A stretch of DNA of 26,015 nucleotides. Source: Octopus sinensis. Lineage: Eukaryota. A program made the position numbers and the translations under genes. Positions within the stretch are counted from its first letter, which is position 1; every line of letters begins with the position of its first letter. The stretch lies in NCBI RefSeq assembly GCF_006345805.1, contig NW_021835657.1:1-26015 (forward strand), in the 5' to 3' direction. Positions 1-8,751 of this stretch are shown here, piece by piece. Under the pieces are notes generated by a model that was not told the DNA's origin, searched no databases, and saw only the letters and a program-made list of their open reading frames with translations.

Positions 1-554
1 CAGCCATGAGCTAGCTTACGTATAAGTTTCAAGCCATTCAGAGGAGGCCAAGAGAAGGATGGGGTGTAGTAGTAGTAGTAGCAGCAGCAGCAGTTGTAGT
101 AGTAGTAGTAGTAACAAAGTGGGGGTAAATTATAAAGGTATGTGATATAAAAACTAGGGAAGCAAAAAGAAAAAAAAATAAATCTAAATGAATGAGAGAT
201 ACTTACATAGGAGAGCGATAGAGTAAAGAAGGAAGGTAAAAGAGAGATGAAGAACGGGAAAGGGAGAGTGCGCGAGTGAAAGAAAGAAAGGGGGTAGAGT
301 GAGAGAAAGAGGGAAAAGCATACGTAAAAGTGTTATCTGATGGGTGATGGCGTATGAAATCTTTTTTTTTTTCCGTACGCTTCTTTTTTTCTCATTCTCC
401 CTTCCTTTCTGTTTTTTTTTCTTTCTTTCTATATGATTACCCACATCTCTAACTCTTTCTCTTTCTGTCTCTTTCCAAACGTCTACCTGTCTGTCTCAAT
501 TCACGTATACACGCATGTATATATTTGTATATATGACGTGTGTGTGTGTATAAT

Positions 555-955
555 AGGCACAGACGTGGCTGTGTGGTAAGAAGCTTGTTTACCAACCACA
601 TGGTTCCGGATTCAGTCCTATTGTGTGGTACCTTGACCAAGTGTCTTCTCCTATAGCCCTGGGCCAACCAAACCCTTGTGAGTGGATTTAGTAGACGGAA
701 ACTGAGAGAAACCTGTTGTATATATATTTATGTATATGTAAGTATTTATGTGTGTGTCTTTGTGTCTGTGTTTGTCTCCACCATCACTTGATGACAGATG
801 TTGCTGTCCCATAACTTAGCAGTACAGCTAAAAGATCTGATAGAATAAGTACCAAGCTTACAAAGAATAAGTCCCGGGATCAAATTGGTCGAGTGAAAGG
901 CAGTGCTCAAGCATGGCCACAGTCAAAGGACATAAACAAGTAAAAGAATCAAAGA
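555..955 (+). mobile_element. tRNA-headed CORE-like SINE (family A) with internal (TA)n/(TG)n microsatellite
   Basis: A-box-like TGGCTGTGTGG and B-box-like GGATTCAGTCC, then a CORE-like ACCTTGACCAAGTGTCTT segment and a tail GCATGGCCACAGTC...AAACAAGTAAAAGA. Homologous copies at 4086, 7362, 14986, 19501/20008 and 21955. Confidence 0.85.
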
Positions 956-1138
956 ATATATATAATAGTCAAACTTCAAAGTCACTATCAACTTTTTCCT
1001 TCAATAAGTTTTGATAAACATATGTCTTATGAAAAGTCTTGAGTAATCCTTCAGTTTATTGTAAATTTATATATTTGACATAGAAAGAAATATTAATTCT
1101 CAGACACTTATCTACATACATACATATATGTATACAAT

Positions 1139-1341
1139 GTGACCTCGTGTGTACCGTTGGCGATTTTTTTTCCTCTGTCTTCCCTTCTCTGGATCTTTCC
1201 TTCTCCTATGTTTTCTGATGAAGAGCTCCGCTTGAAAACGTAAACCCTCCTCTTTTCCTTCTTTCCTGAGCGTCCAATAATACTATATTTGTTCCACGTC
1301 CTCGCGTTGTGTTTTTTGTGCTTTCTTGTTTGGATTAACTT
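1139..1341 (+). mobile_element. Penelope-like element terminal-repeat fragment carrying a minimal hammerhead, ending in (TA)n
   Basis: Contains CTGATGA-A-GAGC-TCC-GCTT-GAAAACGTAAAC and is followed by a (TA)n array at 1342-1410. Minimal hammerheads in terminal repeats are an established feature of Penelope-like elements. Confidence 0.65.
1210..1245 (+). ncRNA. Minimal type I hammerhead ribozyme motif (decayed)
   Basis: Stem I GTTT/AAAC, core CTGATGA (1215-1221), extra A, stem II GAGC/GCTT with a TCC loop, GAAA, and a palindromic ACGT stem III. Carries one extra A. Confidence 0.6.
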
Positions 1342-1389
<48 letters not shown>

Positions 1390-1410
1390 TATATATTATA
1401 TATATATATA

Positions 1411-1570
1411 GTGAGAATTTGCAAAAAAAACAAAAGGCGAAAACACATGTATTAGTTTAATACTCAGGAAGTGAGGAAGTCCTTTTACATTTCAAGCCTA
1501 TGCTCTTCGACAGAAAGAAAAACAGAAATAAACAGGGAGAGAAAATAGAAACAGGTAGTGTGCTAATGAT
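1411..1570 (-). mobile_element. Penelope-like terminal repeat, copy 1 of a tandem pair
   Basis: Homologous to 1627-1791 (GTATTAGT.TAAT...CAGGAA...CTTTTAC.TTTC.AGCCTA.GCTCTTC.ACAGAAAG). Bounded by (TA)n and contains a hammerhead-like motif on the minus strand. Confidence 0.6.
1482..1517 (-). ncRNA. Minimal hammerhead variant with core CUGUCGA (A6 to U)
   Basis: Minus strand reads CTTT CTGTCGA A GAGC ATAG GCTT GAAA TGT A AAAG. Stem I CTTT/AAAG and stem II GAGC/GCTT; stem III is CpG-decayed. Confidence 0.5.
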
Positions 1571-1592
1571 CTATCATATATATGTACATATA

Positions 1593-1626
<34 letters not shown>

Positions 1627-1630
<4 letters not shown>

Positions 1631-1791
1631 AGAGTTTACAAAAAAAAAACAAAAGACAAAGACAGGTGGTGTACAAAACAAACAGATGTATTAGTATAAT
1701 GTACAGGAATAGAAAAAGTCTTTTACGTTTCGAGCCTACGCTCTTCTACAGAAAGGGACACAGAAAAAACGGAGAGAAAAAATGTGTGTAG
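1627..1791 (-). mobile_element. Penelope-like terminal repeat, copy 2 of a tandem pair
   Basis: Direct repeat of 1411-1570, separated from it by (TA)n. Confidence 0.6.
1720..1755 (-). ncRNA. Minimal hammerhead variant with core CUGUAGA (A6 to U)
   Basis: Minus strand reads CTTT CTGTAGA A GAGC GTAG GCTC GAAA CGT A AAAG. Perfect stem I, perfect stem II, and a palindromic ACGT stem III. Confidence 0.6.
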
Positions 1792-2101
1792 TATATATAT
1801 ACATACACACACACATGTATACATATATCTTTATTATTGCTTGTTTCCACTTTTTCAAGATCAGTGACTTTTTGTGTGTATGCATTCATGTATGTATAAG
1901 AATGCTTCTGTGCTTGAGTTTATTTTTATTGAGAATTACTCAATGAAAATGTTGAGTACCATTATTTATTCTAGTGCTGAGGTTACTGTATGGTTAGTAC
2001 TTACTGCTGTTGTGCAATTGGTACATGAGAGAGAATAATCTCGATACTATAATGCAAACACAAACACATACACATGTATATATGCATATATGTATCTATG
2101 C

Positions 2102-2137
<36 letters not shown>

Positions 2138-2199
2138 ATATGTATGTATATATACATGTATATATGTATGTATATATGTATGTATGTATGTATGTATGT

Positions 2200-2911
2200 A
2201 CATACATCTTGCCAATAGAGAAAGAACCAGTTTCTAACCTAGATTCAAGGCTCCTTTATTGGAATTTCACCAATATCAACAGGGTATTTTCATCTGTATG
2301 TATATGTGCAGATTTGTATGTTTTGTTTTATATATGTATTTTCATGCATATAGCTGCATATCTAGACAAGCTCATACATACTTAAATGATAAACTTCTGG
2401 AAAGTTTTACAGATTTTTACAGTTCCAGTAGCGAATTGGATCTATAGTCTTTGAATTAGCTTTCTCCTTTCTGGTTTTGAGTAGCCTAATTTCTCAAGAT
2501 TGTTACTTAGGTAGTGTGTTACATATCACAGTACTCCAATAATTACAGGCATAAACCTAAACTTATAATCTGGGTAGAGTAGCTGTAGAATTCTCAATAG
2601 CTCGGCATAGGAAGGCAGCAAGCTAACAGAAGCGTTAGCAAGCTGGGCAAAATGCTTTAGCATTATTTCGTCTGTCTTTACATTCTGAGTTCAAATTCTA
2701 TCAAGGTTGACTTAGCCTTTCATCCTTTTTGAGGGTTGATAAATTAAGTACCAGTTGCATACTGAGGTTGATCTAATCAACTGGTCCCCTCCCCAAAAAT
2801 TTTGGGCCTTGTGCCTAGAGTAGAAAAGGATAGTTCAGCATAGGTATTTTCTTTTTCACTGAATTTTACCCGAATGGTAAGATCCGTTGGGTATCTGATT
2901 TCCACAACTGC
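2200..2911 (-). mobile_element. 5'-truncated non-LTR retrotransposon with restriction-like endonuclease (R4/Dong-like): C-terminus plus 3'UTR, interrupted by a SINE
   Basis: After removing SINE 2612-2829 and one TSD copy, the minus strand reads AVVEIRYPTDLTIRVKFSEKENTYAELLRILQLLYPDYKFRFMPVIIGVL*YVTHYLSNNLEKLGYSKPERRKLIQRL*IQFATGTVKICKTFQKFII*. This fits the E...P.D...K..EK..Y / P.IIG.LG / LQ...GT.KI pattern of RLE-clade C-termini. (CATA)n lies on both sides. Confidence 0.75.
2612..2829 (+). mobile_element. tRNA-headed SINE (family B head, variant tail) with 15-bp TSD
   Basis: TSD ATAGCTCGGCATAGG (2597-2611) / ATAGTTCAGCATAGG (2830-2844). B box GAGTTCAAATTC and central motif GCCTTTCATCCTTT...GATAAATTAAGTACCAG. 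Confidence 0.85.
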
Positions 2912-2948
2912 TATGTATGTATGTATGTATGTATGTATGTATGTATGT

Positions 2949-3320
2949 GCAAGACCCTGCCTCAGTAAAGCTGGACTCAAGAATCATCTTCGTAGTCATA
3001 AAGCGAGACAGGTGAGTGACAACCTGGCCACTGGTGGTGGTGTAACACACCATACTAATCATATCTGTCAGGCATGTGGAAGAGAGTGTAATTCGGCAGG
3101 AGGACTTAAACGACATGCAAAGGTACATGAAGCCCAGTTACAACTACAGCCGGCTATTACTGGTAAAGGTTTTAGTTGCCAATTCTATACAAGACATTGT
3201 AGATCTTTAGCTGGGCTAAAAAGTCACATTCGATCACAGCACCAGTAACAGTTAAGCTTCGTGCAATGGCCATACTCGATAACGAGGGGGCAGCCATAAT
3301 GTATGTATGTATGTATGTAT
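2949..3320 (+). mobile_element. 5'-truncated RTE-type LINE 3' end encoding C-terminal C2H2 fingers, with 3'UTR stem-loop and (ATGT)n tail
   Basis: Frame ending at stop 3246-3248 has a truncated finger (CLSKAGLKNHLRSH), an intact finger (CQACGRECNSAGGLKRHAKVH) and a mutated finger (CQFY...GLKSHIRSQH). A short 3'UTR with the hairpin CTCG-ATAA-CGAG follows, then (ATGT)n. Confidence 0.75.
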
Positions 3321-3337
3321 ATGTACACACATACATT

Positions 3338-3690
3338 ACCATCTTCATTTAACATCCGTTTTTCATGCTGGCACGAATTGGACAGTTTGACAGGGGCTGG
3401 CAAGCTGGAGAGCTATACCAGGCCCCATTTGTCTGTCTTGGCACGGTTTCTACAGACTGATGCCTTTCTTAACATGAACACTTTAGAGTGTAATAGGTGC
3501 ACTTTGCTTGGCATCAGCACAGGTGCTTTTCACATGGGACCACTGGGATTGTCAAGTAGCATGCAAGATGAAGACCTCTCAGTTGAAAGAGGGAGTGGAA
3601 CCAATGGAAATGTCTGTGAGCCAGGTGAGAGGTTAGAGCATAATAAAGGTACAGAGATTGTTGTCTACCCCAGGAAAGAAAGAGGAAGGT
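3338..3690 (-). mobile_element. SINE family D ((ATG)n tail; AGGAAGGGCATCCAGC-type central motif)
   Basis: Plus strand CATTTAACATCCGTTTTTCATGCTGGCA... matches copies at 6715, 7526, 15498, 21028 and 22466. The far boundary is approximate. Confidence 0.75.
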
Positions 3691-4085
3691 GAGTTAGAGA
3701 AAGATAGAGATACAAAGTGAGAGAGAGAGAGAGAAAGAAATAGATGATGTTGGAGGTGTATTGAGGCTTATCTACAGGGAACAGTGGGAGGAGTATAAGT
3801 AGTGTAGAGGGGATAGAGGGGGGGATATTTAGAGATGAGGAAGACATGACTGTAAAGAGGATGCTGAGAGAAAATGAAGTGGCTGGGAGGGGATGTGGTA
3901 GATACGTTAGAGCATGGAGAGAGTGCTGATAGGCATATGAGGGAGAGGGAACAGCCTGAAGTGTGCGATGAGCGTTGGTAATGGGATAGGGGGATGTTGG
4001 GAAGATGTGTTGTAACACAAAATTTTAAATAAATAAATATATACACACACACACACACATATATATATATATTTATATATATATT

Positions 4086-4492
4086 CAGGAGTGGCTGTGT
4101 GGTAAGTAGCTTGTTTACCAACCACATGGTTCCGGGTTCAGTCCCACTGTGTGGCACCTTGGGCGAGTGTCTTCTACTATAGCCTCAGGCCGACCAAAGC
4201 CTTGTGAGTGGATTTGGTAGACGGAAACTGAAAGAAGCCCGTCGTATATATGTGTATATATATATATATATGCATGTGTGTGTTTGTGTGTCTGTGTTTG
4301 TCCCCCTAGCATTGCTTGACAACTGATGCTGGTGTGTTTATATCCCCGTCACTTAGCGGTTTGGCAAAACAGACCGATAGAATAAGTACTGGGCTTACAA
4401 AAGAATAAGTCCCGGGGTCGAGTTGCTCGATTAAAGGCGGTGCTCCAGCATGGCTGCAGTCAAATGACTGAAACAAGTAAAAGAGTAAAGAG
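4086..4492 (+). mobile_element. Full-length family A CORE-like SINE
   Basis: TGGCTGTGTGG and GGTTCAGTCCC boxes, GGCACCTTGGGCGAGTG, an internal (TA)/(TG) tract and the tail ACTGAAACAAGTAAAAGAGTAAAGAG. Confidence 0.9.
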
Positions 4493-4497
4493 TATAC

Positions 4498-4660
4498 ATA
4501 TAAAATATTCTATAATTATATATATAATTATGTGTTATTGTCTCACAGATTTTTATGGTAGTTGAAAAGACATTAGCGGCTATTTCTAATTCAGTATGTG
4601 GTGAGGCACATAGCTGAATCCTGATTATAATTATGCATATAATTATAGAATATTTTGTAT
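4498..4660. repeat. Short inverted repeat, about 34-bp arms around a roughly 95-bp loop
   Basis: 4498-4531 is complementary to 4627-4660, with 20 contiguous matches (AAAATATTCTATAATTATAT). Confidence 0.6.
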
Positions 4661-4708
4661 AATTCACCTAAAAAGGTATTTTAACGTATTGACTACTTGG
4701 TAAAATTA

Positions 4709-4739
4709 TTAATTAATTAATTAATTAATTAATTAATTA
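4709..4739. repeat. (TTAA)n self-complementary microsatellite
   Basis: About 7.5 perfect TTAA units, read directly from the sequence. Confidence 0.95.
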
Positions 4740-4875
4740 GTTTTACCCTATATTATTATTAAACTTATATTTTACATCATTATTGAAACTGCAGTTTTTC
4801 TGCGGAATAGTTTGTAACACACGTGTGGGTATATGAGATAAATATGTATCACATTTGGCTGTATATTTTTGGGAG

Positions 4876-4932
4876 TCATCATCATCATCATCGTTTAGCG
4901 TCTGCTTTCCATGCTGGCATGGGTTGGACGGT
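4876..4932 (-). mobile_element. Family D SINE 3' tail fragment
   Basis: (CAT)n followed by CGTTTAGCGTCTGCTTTCCATGCTGGCATGGGTTGGACGG. Confidence 0.75.
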
Positions 4933-5585
4933 GCAACCCATACCACCTGCAGTTTTTAGCAAAGCGATCAATATTTGATTCTCACAATCAACCAACTTAA
5001 TTTTGCATTTCACTACTCACAGTTTTGAAATGCTAAACATTATTATTGCACTTGCTTAATTTGAATCTTAAACATTAAAGACTTCATTCATACATTTTTA
5101 TACATACATACTTACATACTTTTTCTGAAGGCCCATTACTCCGATAATTCTCTATTTTTATAGTTACACTTTTTCTATGACAGTAGATGAAATTTTTTTT
5201 CCACAACGTATTTGTAGTGACTTCATGCAAGCATAGCATGGATTTGATCCTCGATTGCCAAATTTCACTTAACACTTCAACAGCACTTTTCTCACAGTCA
5301 AACAATAGTTTTTTCTGTGAATGACAGCAGTTATACATTTCTTAGATGCCTTTGCTAAGCAGAATAAAGTCTTTGCCGCTTGACCCGTCTAACTTCTTCT
5401 AGGCCACCACTGGCTGGAATGGAGATAACAGACCTCCAACGAAATCATTTGTTCTCAACAATGTCTATCCTTCTGATTGCTTTTTGATAATTATAAAAAC
5501 AAGAACTCCATAAGCTAAAGGCAGTTACTGAGAGTGACAGTCAGTGAATATGAACGTTATTATTGCACTTCCATCAAACACTTCA

Positions 5586-5854
5586 TTAATATTTACATTA
5601 TTTACATTATTTGCATTTGGCAGATATTTGTTCTTATCTTGTTTGTTGTCAACACAACATTTCGGCTGATATACCTTCCAGCCTTCATCAGGTGTCTTGG
5701 GGAAATTTCGAACCTGGGTTCTATTCCTAAGGTATTTTTCAATGTTGTTGTTGTTGTTGTTGTTGTTGTTATTATTATTTAGGTCACTGCTTGGAATTGA
5801 ACTCAGAATCTTGGGGTTAGTAGCCCGCACTCTTAACCCCTACGCCATATGCCC
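5586..5854 (-). mobile_element. tRNA-headed SINE (family E) containing an (AAT/AAC)n tract and a hammerhead motif
   Basis: Minus strand has GGGCATATGGCGTAGGGGTTAAG (A box), GAGTTCAATTCC (B box), a microsatellite, GACAC-CTGATGA...GAAA and an (AATGTAAAT)n tail. A second copy lies at 25139-25559. Confidence 0.85.
5651..5696 (-). ncRNA. Minimal type I hammerhead ribozyme motif inside a SINE
   Basis: GACAC CTGATGA A GGCTG GAAGGTATAT CAGCC GAAA TGT T GTGTT. Stem I GACAC/GTGTT and stem II GGCTG/CAGCC. Confidence 0.7.
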
Positions 5855-6137
5855 AAAAAGCAGCCAGAAGGATAGACATATTGTTGAGAACAAATGATTT
5901 CGTTGGAGGTCTGTTATCTCCATTCCAGCCCCTGGTGGCCTAGAAGAGGTTGAATGGGTCAAGCAACAAAGACATTATTCTGCTTAGTGAAGGCATCTGG
6001 GAAATGTATAACTGCTGTCATTCACAGAAAACTATTGTTTTACAGTGAGAAAAGTACTGTTGCAGTGTTAAGTGAAACTTGGCAATCGAGGATTGAATCC
6101 TTGCTATGCCTGCATGAAGCCACTACAAATACTTCAT

Positions 6138-6384
6138 TCATATATTTATATAACTCCTCTTACTAACCTCCGAGAATCTTTCTTGTCAACCTCTGAAAAT
6201 CTCTCTTGCTGACCTCTGACAATTTCTTCATCCTCCAGTTGACAGTTTTTTGTACTTTTTCGTGATGGAAAATGCACCTTTTGCGGCAGTTATAACAAAA
6301 TTGCCTTCTTATATCAGAGTAATAAGGCATTTTGATAGGGTTAGGGTTAGGGTTAGGGAGTACACCGGAGGGTACACCAGCTAG
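6138..6384 (+). mobile_element. Non-autonomous Helitron-like element
   Basis: Starts TC followed by ATATATTTATATAAC. Has an internal roughly 23-bp subrepeat (TCTTG..ACCTCTGA.AAT) and a subterminal hairpin GTAC(A)CC-GGA-GGGTAC, and ends CTAG followed by T. No TSD. Confidence 0.6.
6336..6358 (+). repeat. Interstitial telomeric repeat, TAGGG(TTAGGG)3
   Basis: Read directly; lies within the Helitron-like element. Confidence 0.9.
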
Positions 6385-6437
6385 TATATATATATATATA
6401 TATATATTGTTGCATTTCAGGATGGTGTTATATATAA

Positions 6438-6701
6438 ATATATTCGTTCTTCACTTGTTAATCACTGTTCTTATTCTAACTCATGTTCATTGTCTGGAAA
6501 TCTTCCATCACACATCTGTGACCTCTTCAGTGACATATTCCATCCTCATGTGTGTTCTTGCTCTGCTTAGTCCATTAACAAGAACATGCATGAGGACGGA
6601 ATGTGACACTGAAGAGGTCATAGATGTGCAATGAAAGATTTCCAGACAATGGATATGAATCAGAATTTAAAAAATAATAAACAAGTGAAGAAAGAATATA
6701 T
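6438..6701. repeat. Palindromic (foldback/MITE-like) element with 123-bp arms and an 18-nt loop
   Basis: 6438-6560 is the reverse complement of 6579-6701. The inner 73 bp differ at 9 positions, several of them CpG-type. Ends are TA-flanked. Confidence 0.9.
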
Positions 6702-6714
6702 AGTGCATGTGTTT

Positions 6715-6875
6715 CATCATCATCATCATCATCATCGTTTAACGTTCACTTTCCATGCTAGCATGGGTTGGACATATGACTGAGGGCTGGCAAACCAGAT
6801 AGCTGCACCAGGTTTCAATCTTGATCTGGCAAGGTTTCTGCAGCTGGAACATGAGCTACTATAAGTTTCATGCTT
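6715..6875 (-). mobile_element. Family D SINE, partial
   Basis: (CAT)n followed by CGTTTAACGTTCACTTTCCATGCTAGCATGGGTTGGAC... Confidence 0.8.
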
Positions 6876-7292
6876 GGATAGTAAAGTTATTGGAGTGTTT
6901 GAACAGCATGCTATCCTGAATTCATTCAGTCTCAAAATAAATGTGGCTGCACTCGGGGGGAAAAGTAAGATAAAAATGAGAAAAGAATACAGGAGTAAAA
7001 AGAAAGAATGAAAAGTAGAAGAGAATGGAGAGAAAATAAGAGTTGTGTCCCTTTTGTCCATTATAAGGGGAATTAACAGTAGCTACTGGAGCTAATCTCA
7101 CTGAGAAAGTTTGTAAGCCTGTATGCTAATCTAAAGTGGCAGCATTTTCCAGTTCAAAAGCAGAAACTTACTGAGATGCTTGCATTTGAGAAAATTTCCA
7201 ACATCAATTTCAATAAAATGGTTAGTCCTGAAGACATTGCAAGATTGAAATATGTATCAAATAATACCATATGTGTGTGTTTGTGTGTGCAT

Positions 7293-7342
<50 letters not shown>

Positions 7343-7361
7343 GTGTGTTGCACATTGTTTA

Positions 7362-7512
7362 AGTATGTGGTTGTGTGGTAAGAAGTTTGCTCTCCAGCCA
7401 TTCAGTCTCAATGCATGGCACCTTGGACAAGTGTCTTCTACTATAGCCTCAAGCTGACTAAATAAAGCCTTGTGAGTTGATTTGGTAGTCAGAAACTGAA
7501 AGGATCCCATCA
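7362..7512 (+). mobile_element. Family A SINE 5' half
   Basis: GGCACCTTGGACAAGTGTCTTCTACTATAGCC. The middle part resumes at about 7905-7990 after a nested SINE and microsatellites. Confidence 0.75.
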
Positions 7513-7525
7513 TATATATACATAC

Positions 7526-7696
7526 ATCATCATCATCATTTAGCGTCCGATTTCCATGCTAGCATGGGTTGGACGGTTCAACTGGGGTCTGGTAAGCCAG
7601 AAGACTGCACCAGTCTGATCTGGCAATGTTTCTACGGTTGGATGCCCTTCCTAACGCCAACCACTCTGTGAGTGTAGTTGGTGCTTTTTATGTGCC

Positions 7697-7697
<1 letters not shown>
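7526..7697 (-). mobile_element. Family D SINE, partial
   Basis: GGATGCCCTTCCTAACGCCAACC motif and a (CAT)n tail. Confidence 0.8.
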
Positions 7698-7756
<59 letters not shown>

Positions 7757-7818
7757 CTGTTAATATTATACACAAGATGGAGTACTTCTTTTGTTGGTCT
7801 TACCACTACAGAACAGTA

Positions 7819-7857
<39 letters not shown>

Positions 7858-7991
7858 CACACACAAGCACACACACACATATATGTATGTATGCATATTT
7901 GTGTGTGCATATGTGTGTGTGTGTTTGTGCCTTTCTTTAACCCCTACCATCACTTGACAACTGGTGTTGATGCATTCACATTACCATATCT

Positions 7992-8146
7992 TAGCAGTTC
8001 AACCCCAGTCCTTATTTTTAAGCCTGGTACTTATTCTATTGGTCTCTTGTGCCAAACTGCTAAGTTATGGAGGATGTCAACAAACCATTACCAGTTGTCA
8101 AGCAGCAGTGGGGGATGAACACAGACACAAAGACACACACATTGTG

Positions 8147-8207
<61 letters not shown>

Positions 8208-8288
8208 CACACATACATACATATATAATATACAGACACACACATACAGTGGGCTTCTTTTAGTTACCATCTACCAAATCCACTCACA
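7992..8288 (-). mobile_element. Family A SINE fragment
   Basis: GGTACTTATTCTATTGG, GCTAAGTTA and TCTACCAAATCCACTCACA are reverse complements of family A segments. Confidence 0.75.
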
Positions 8289-8352
8289 TTTAATAACAAT
8301 GATCAACTAATTGTTAATTGTTACTCCATTTCTTTTCTTATCTGAATATATT

Positions 8353-8585
8353 TATTTCATTATTGCCCACAGGGGGCTAAACATAGAGGGGACAAACAAG
8401 GACAGACAAAAGGATTAAGTCAATTACATCAACCCCAGTGCATAACTGGTACTTATTTAATTGACCCCAAAAGAGGAAAGGCAAAGTTGACCTCAGTGGA
8501 ATTTGAACTCAGAACATAGCAGCAGATGAAATACATCAAGCCATTTCACCTGGCGTGCTAGCATTTCTGCCAGCTCGCTGCCCTA
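8353..8585 (-). mobile_element. Family B SINE with perfect 16-bp TSD
   Basis: TSD CTTATCTGAATATATT at 8337-8352 and 8586-8601. Confidence 0.9.
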
Positions 8586-8751
8586 CTTATCTGAATATAT
8601 TAAACCATGGTTTACCATTTAAATTACCAGCTGCTGTTAACCTTATAGCAAGGCCTATACATAGTGAGATAATACACCAGTAGTGGCTATGGATACATTT
8701 ATTCCTTAGACAGTTGCATAACCTCTAACTCATAATTTATATATATACATA

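Larger units (their letters stand above)
5208..6132. repeat. Long inverted repeat, about 280-bp arms (5208-5486 / 5855-6132)
   Basis: Arms aligned by eye at roughly 90% identity with two 2-nt indels, e.g. GGAGATAACAGACCTCCAACGAAATCATTTGTTCTCAACAA and its reverse complement. Confidence 0.95.

Noticed and set aside
160-480. Purine tract followed by pyrimidine tract (hairpin or H-DNA)
   Set aside because: Low complexity, with no long specific complementarity or mirror symmetry.
3690-4018. Purine-rich segment with minus-strand ORFs, possibly a LINE C-terminus
   Set aside because: No motif I can assign; the ORFs reflect compositional bias. The similar tract at 22745-23000 is also left unassigned.
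6336-6358. True telomere or chromosome-fusion scar
   Set aside because: Only about 4 units in one orientation, embedded in a small element with its own termini.
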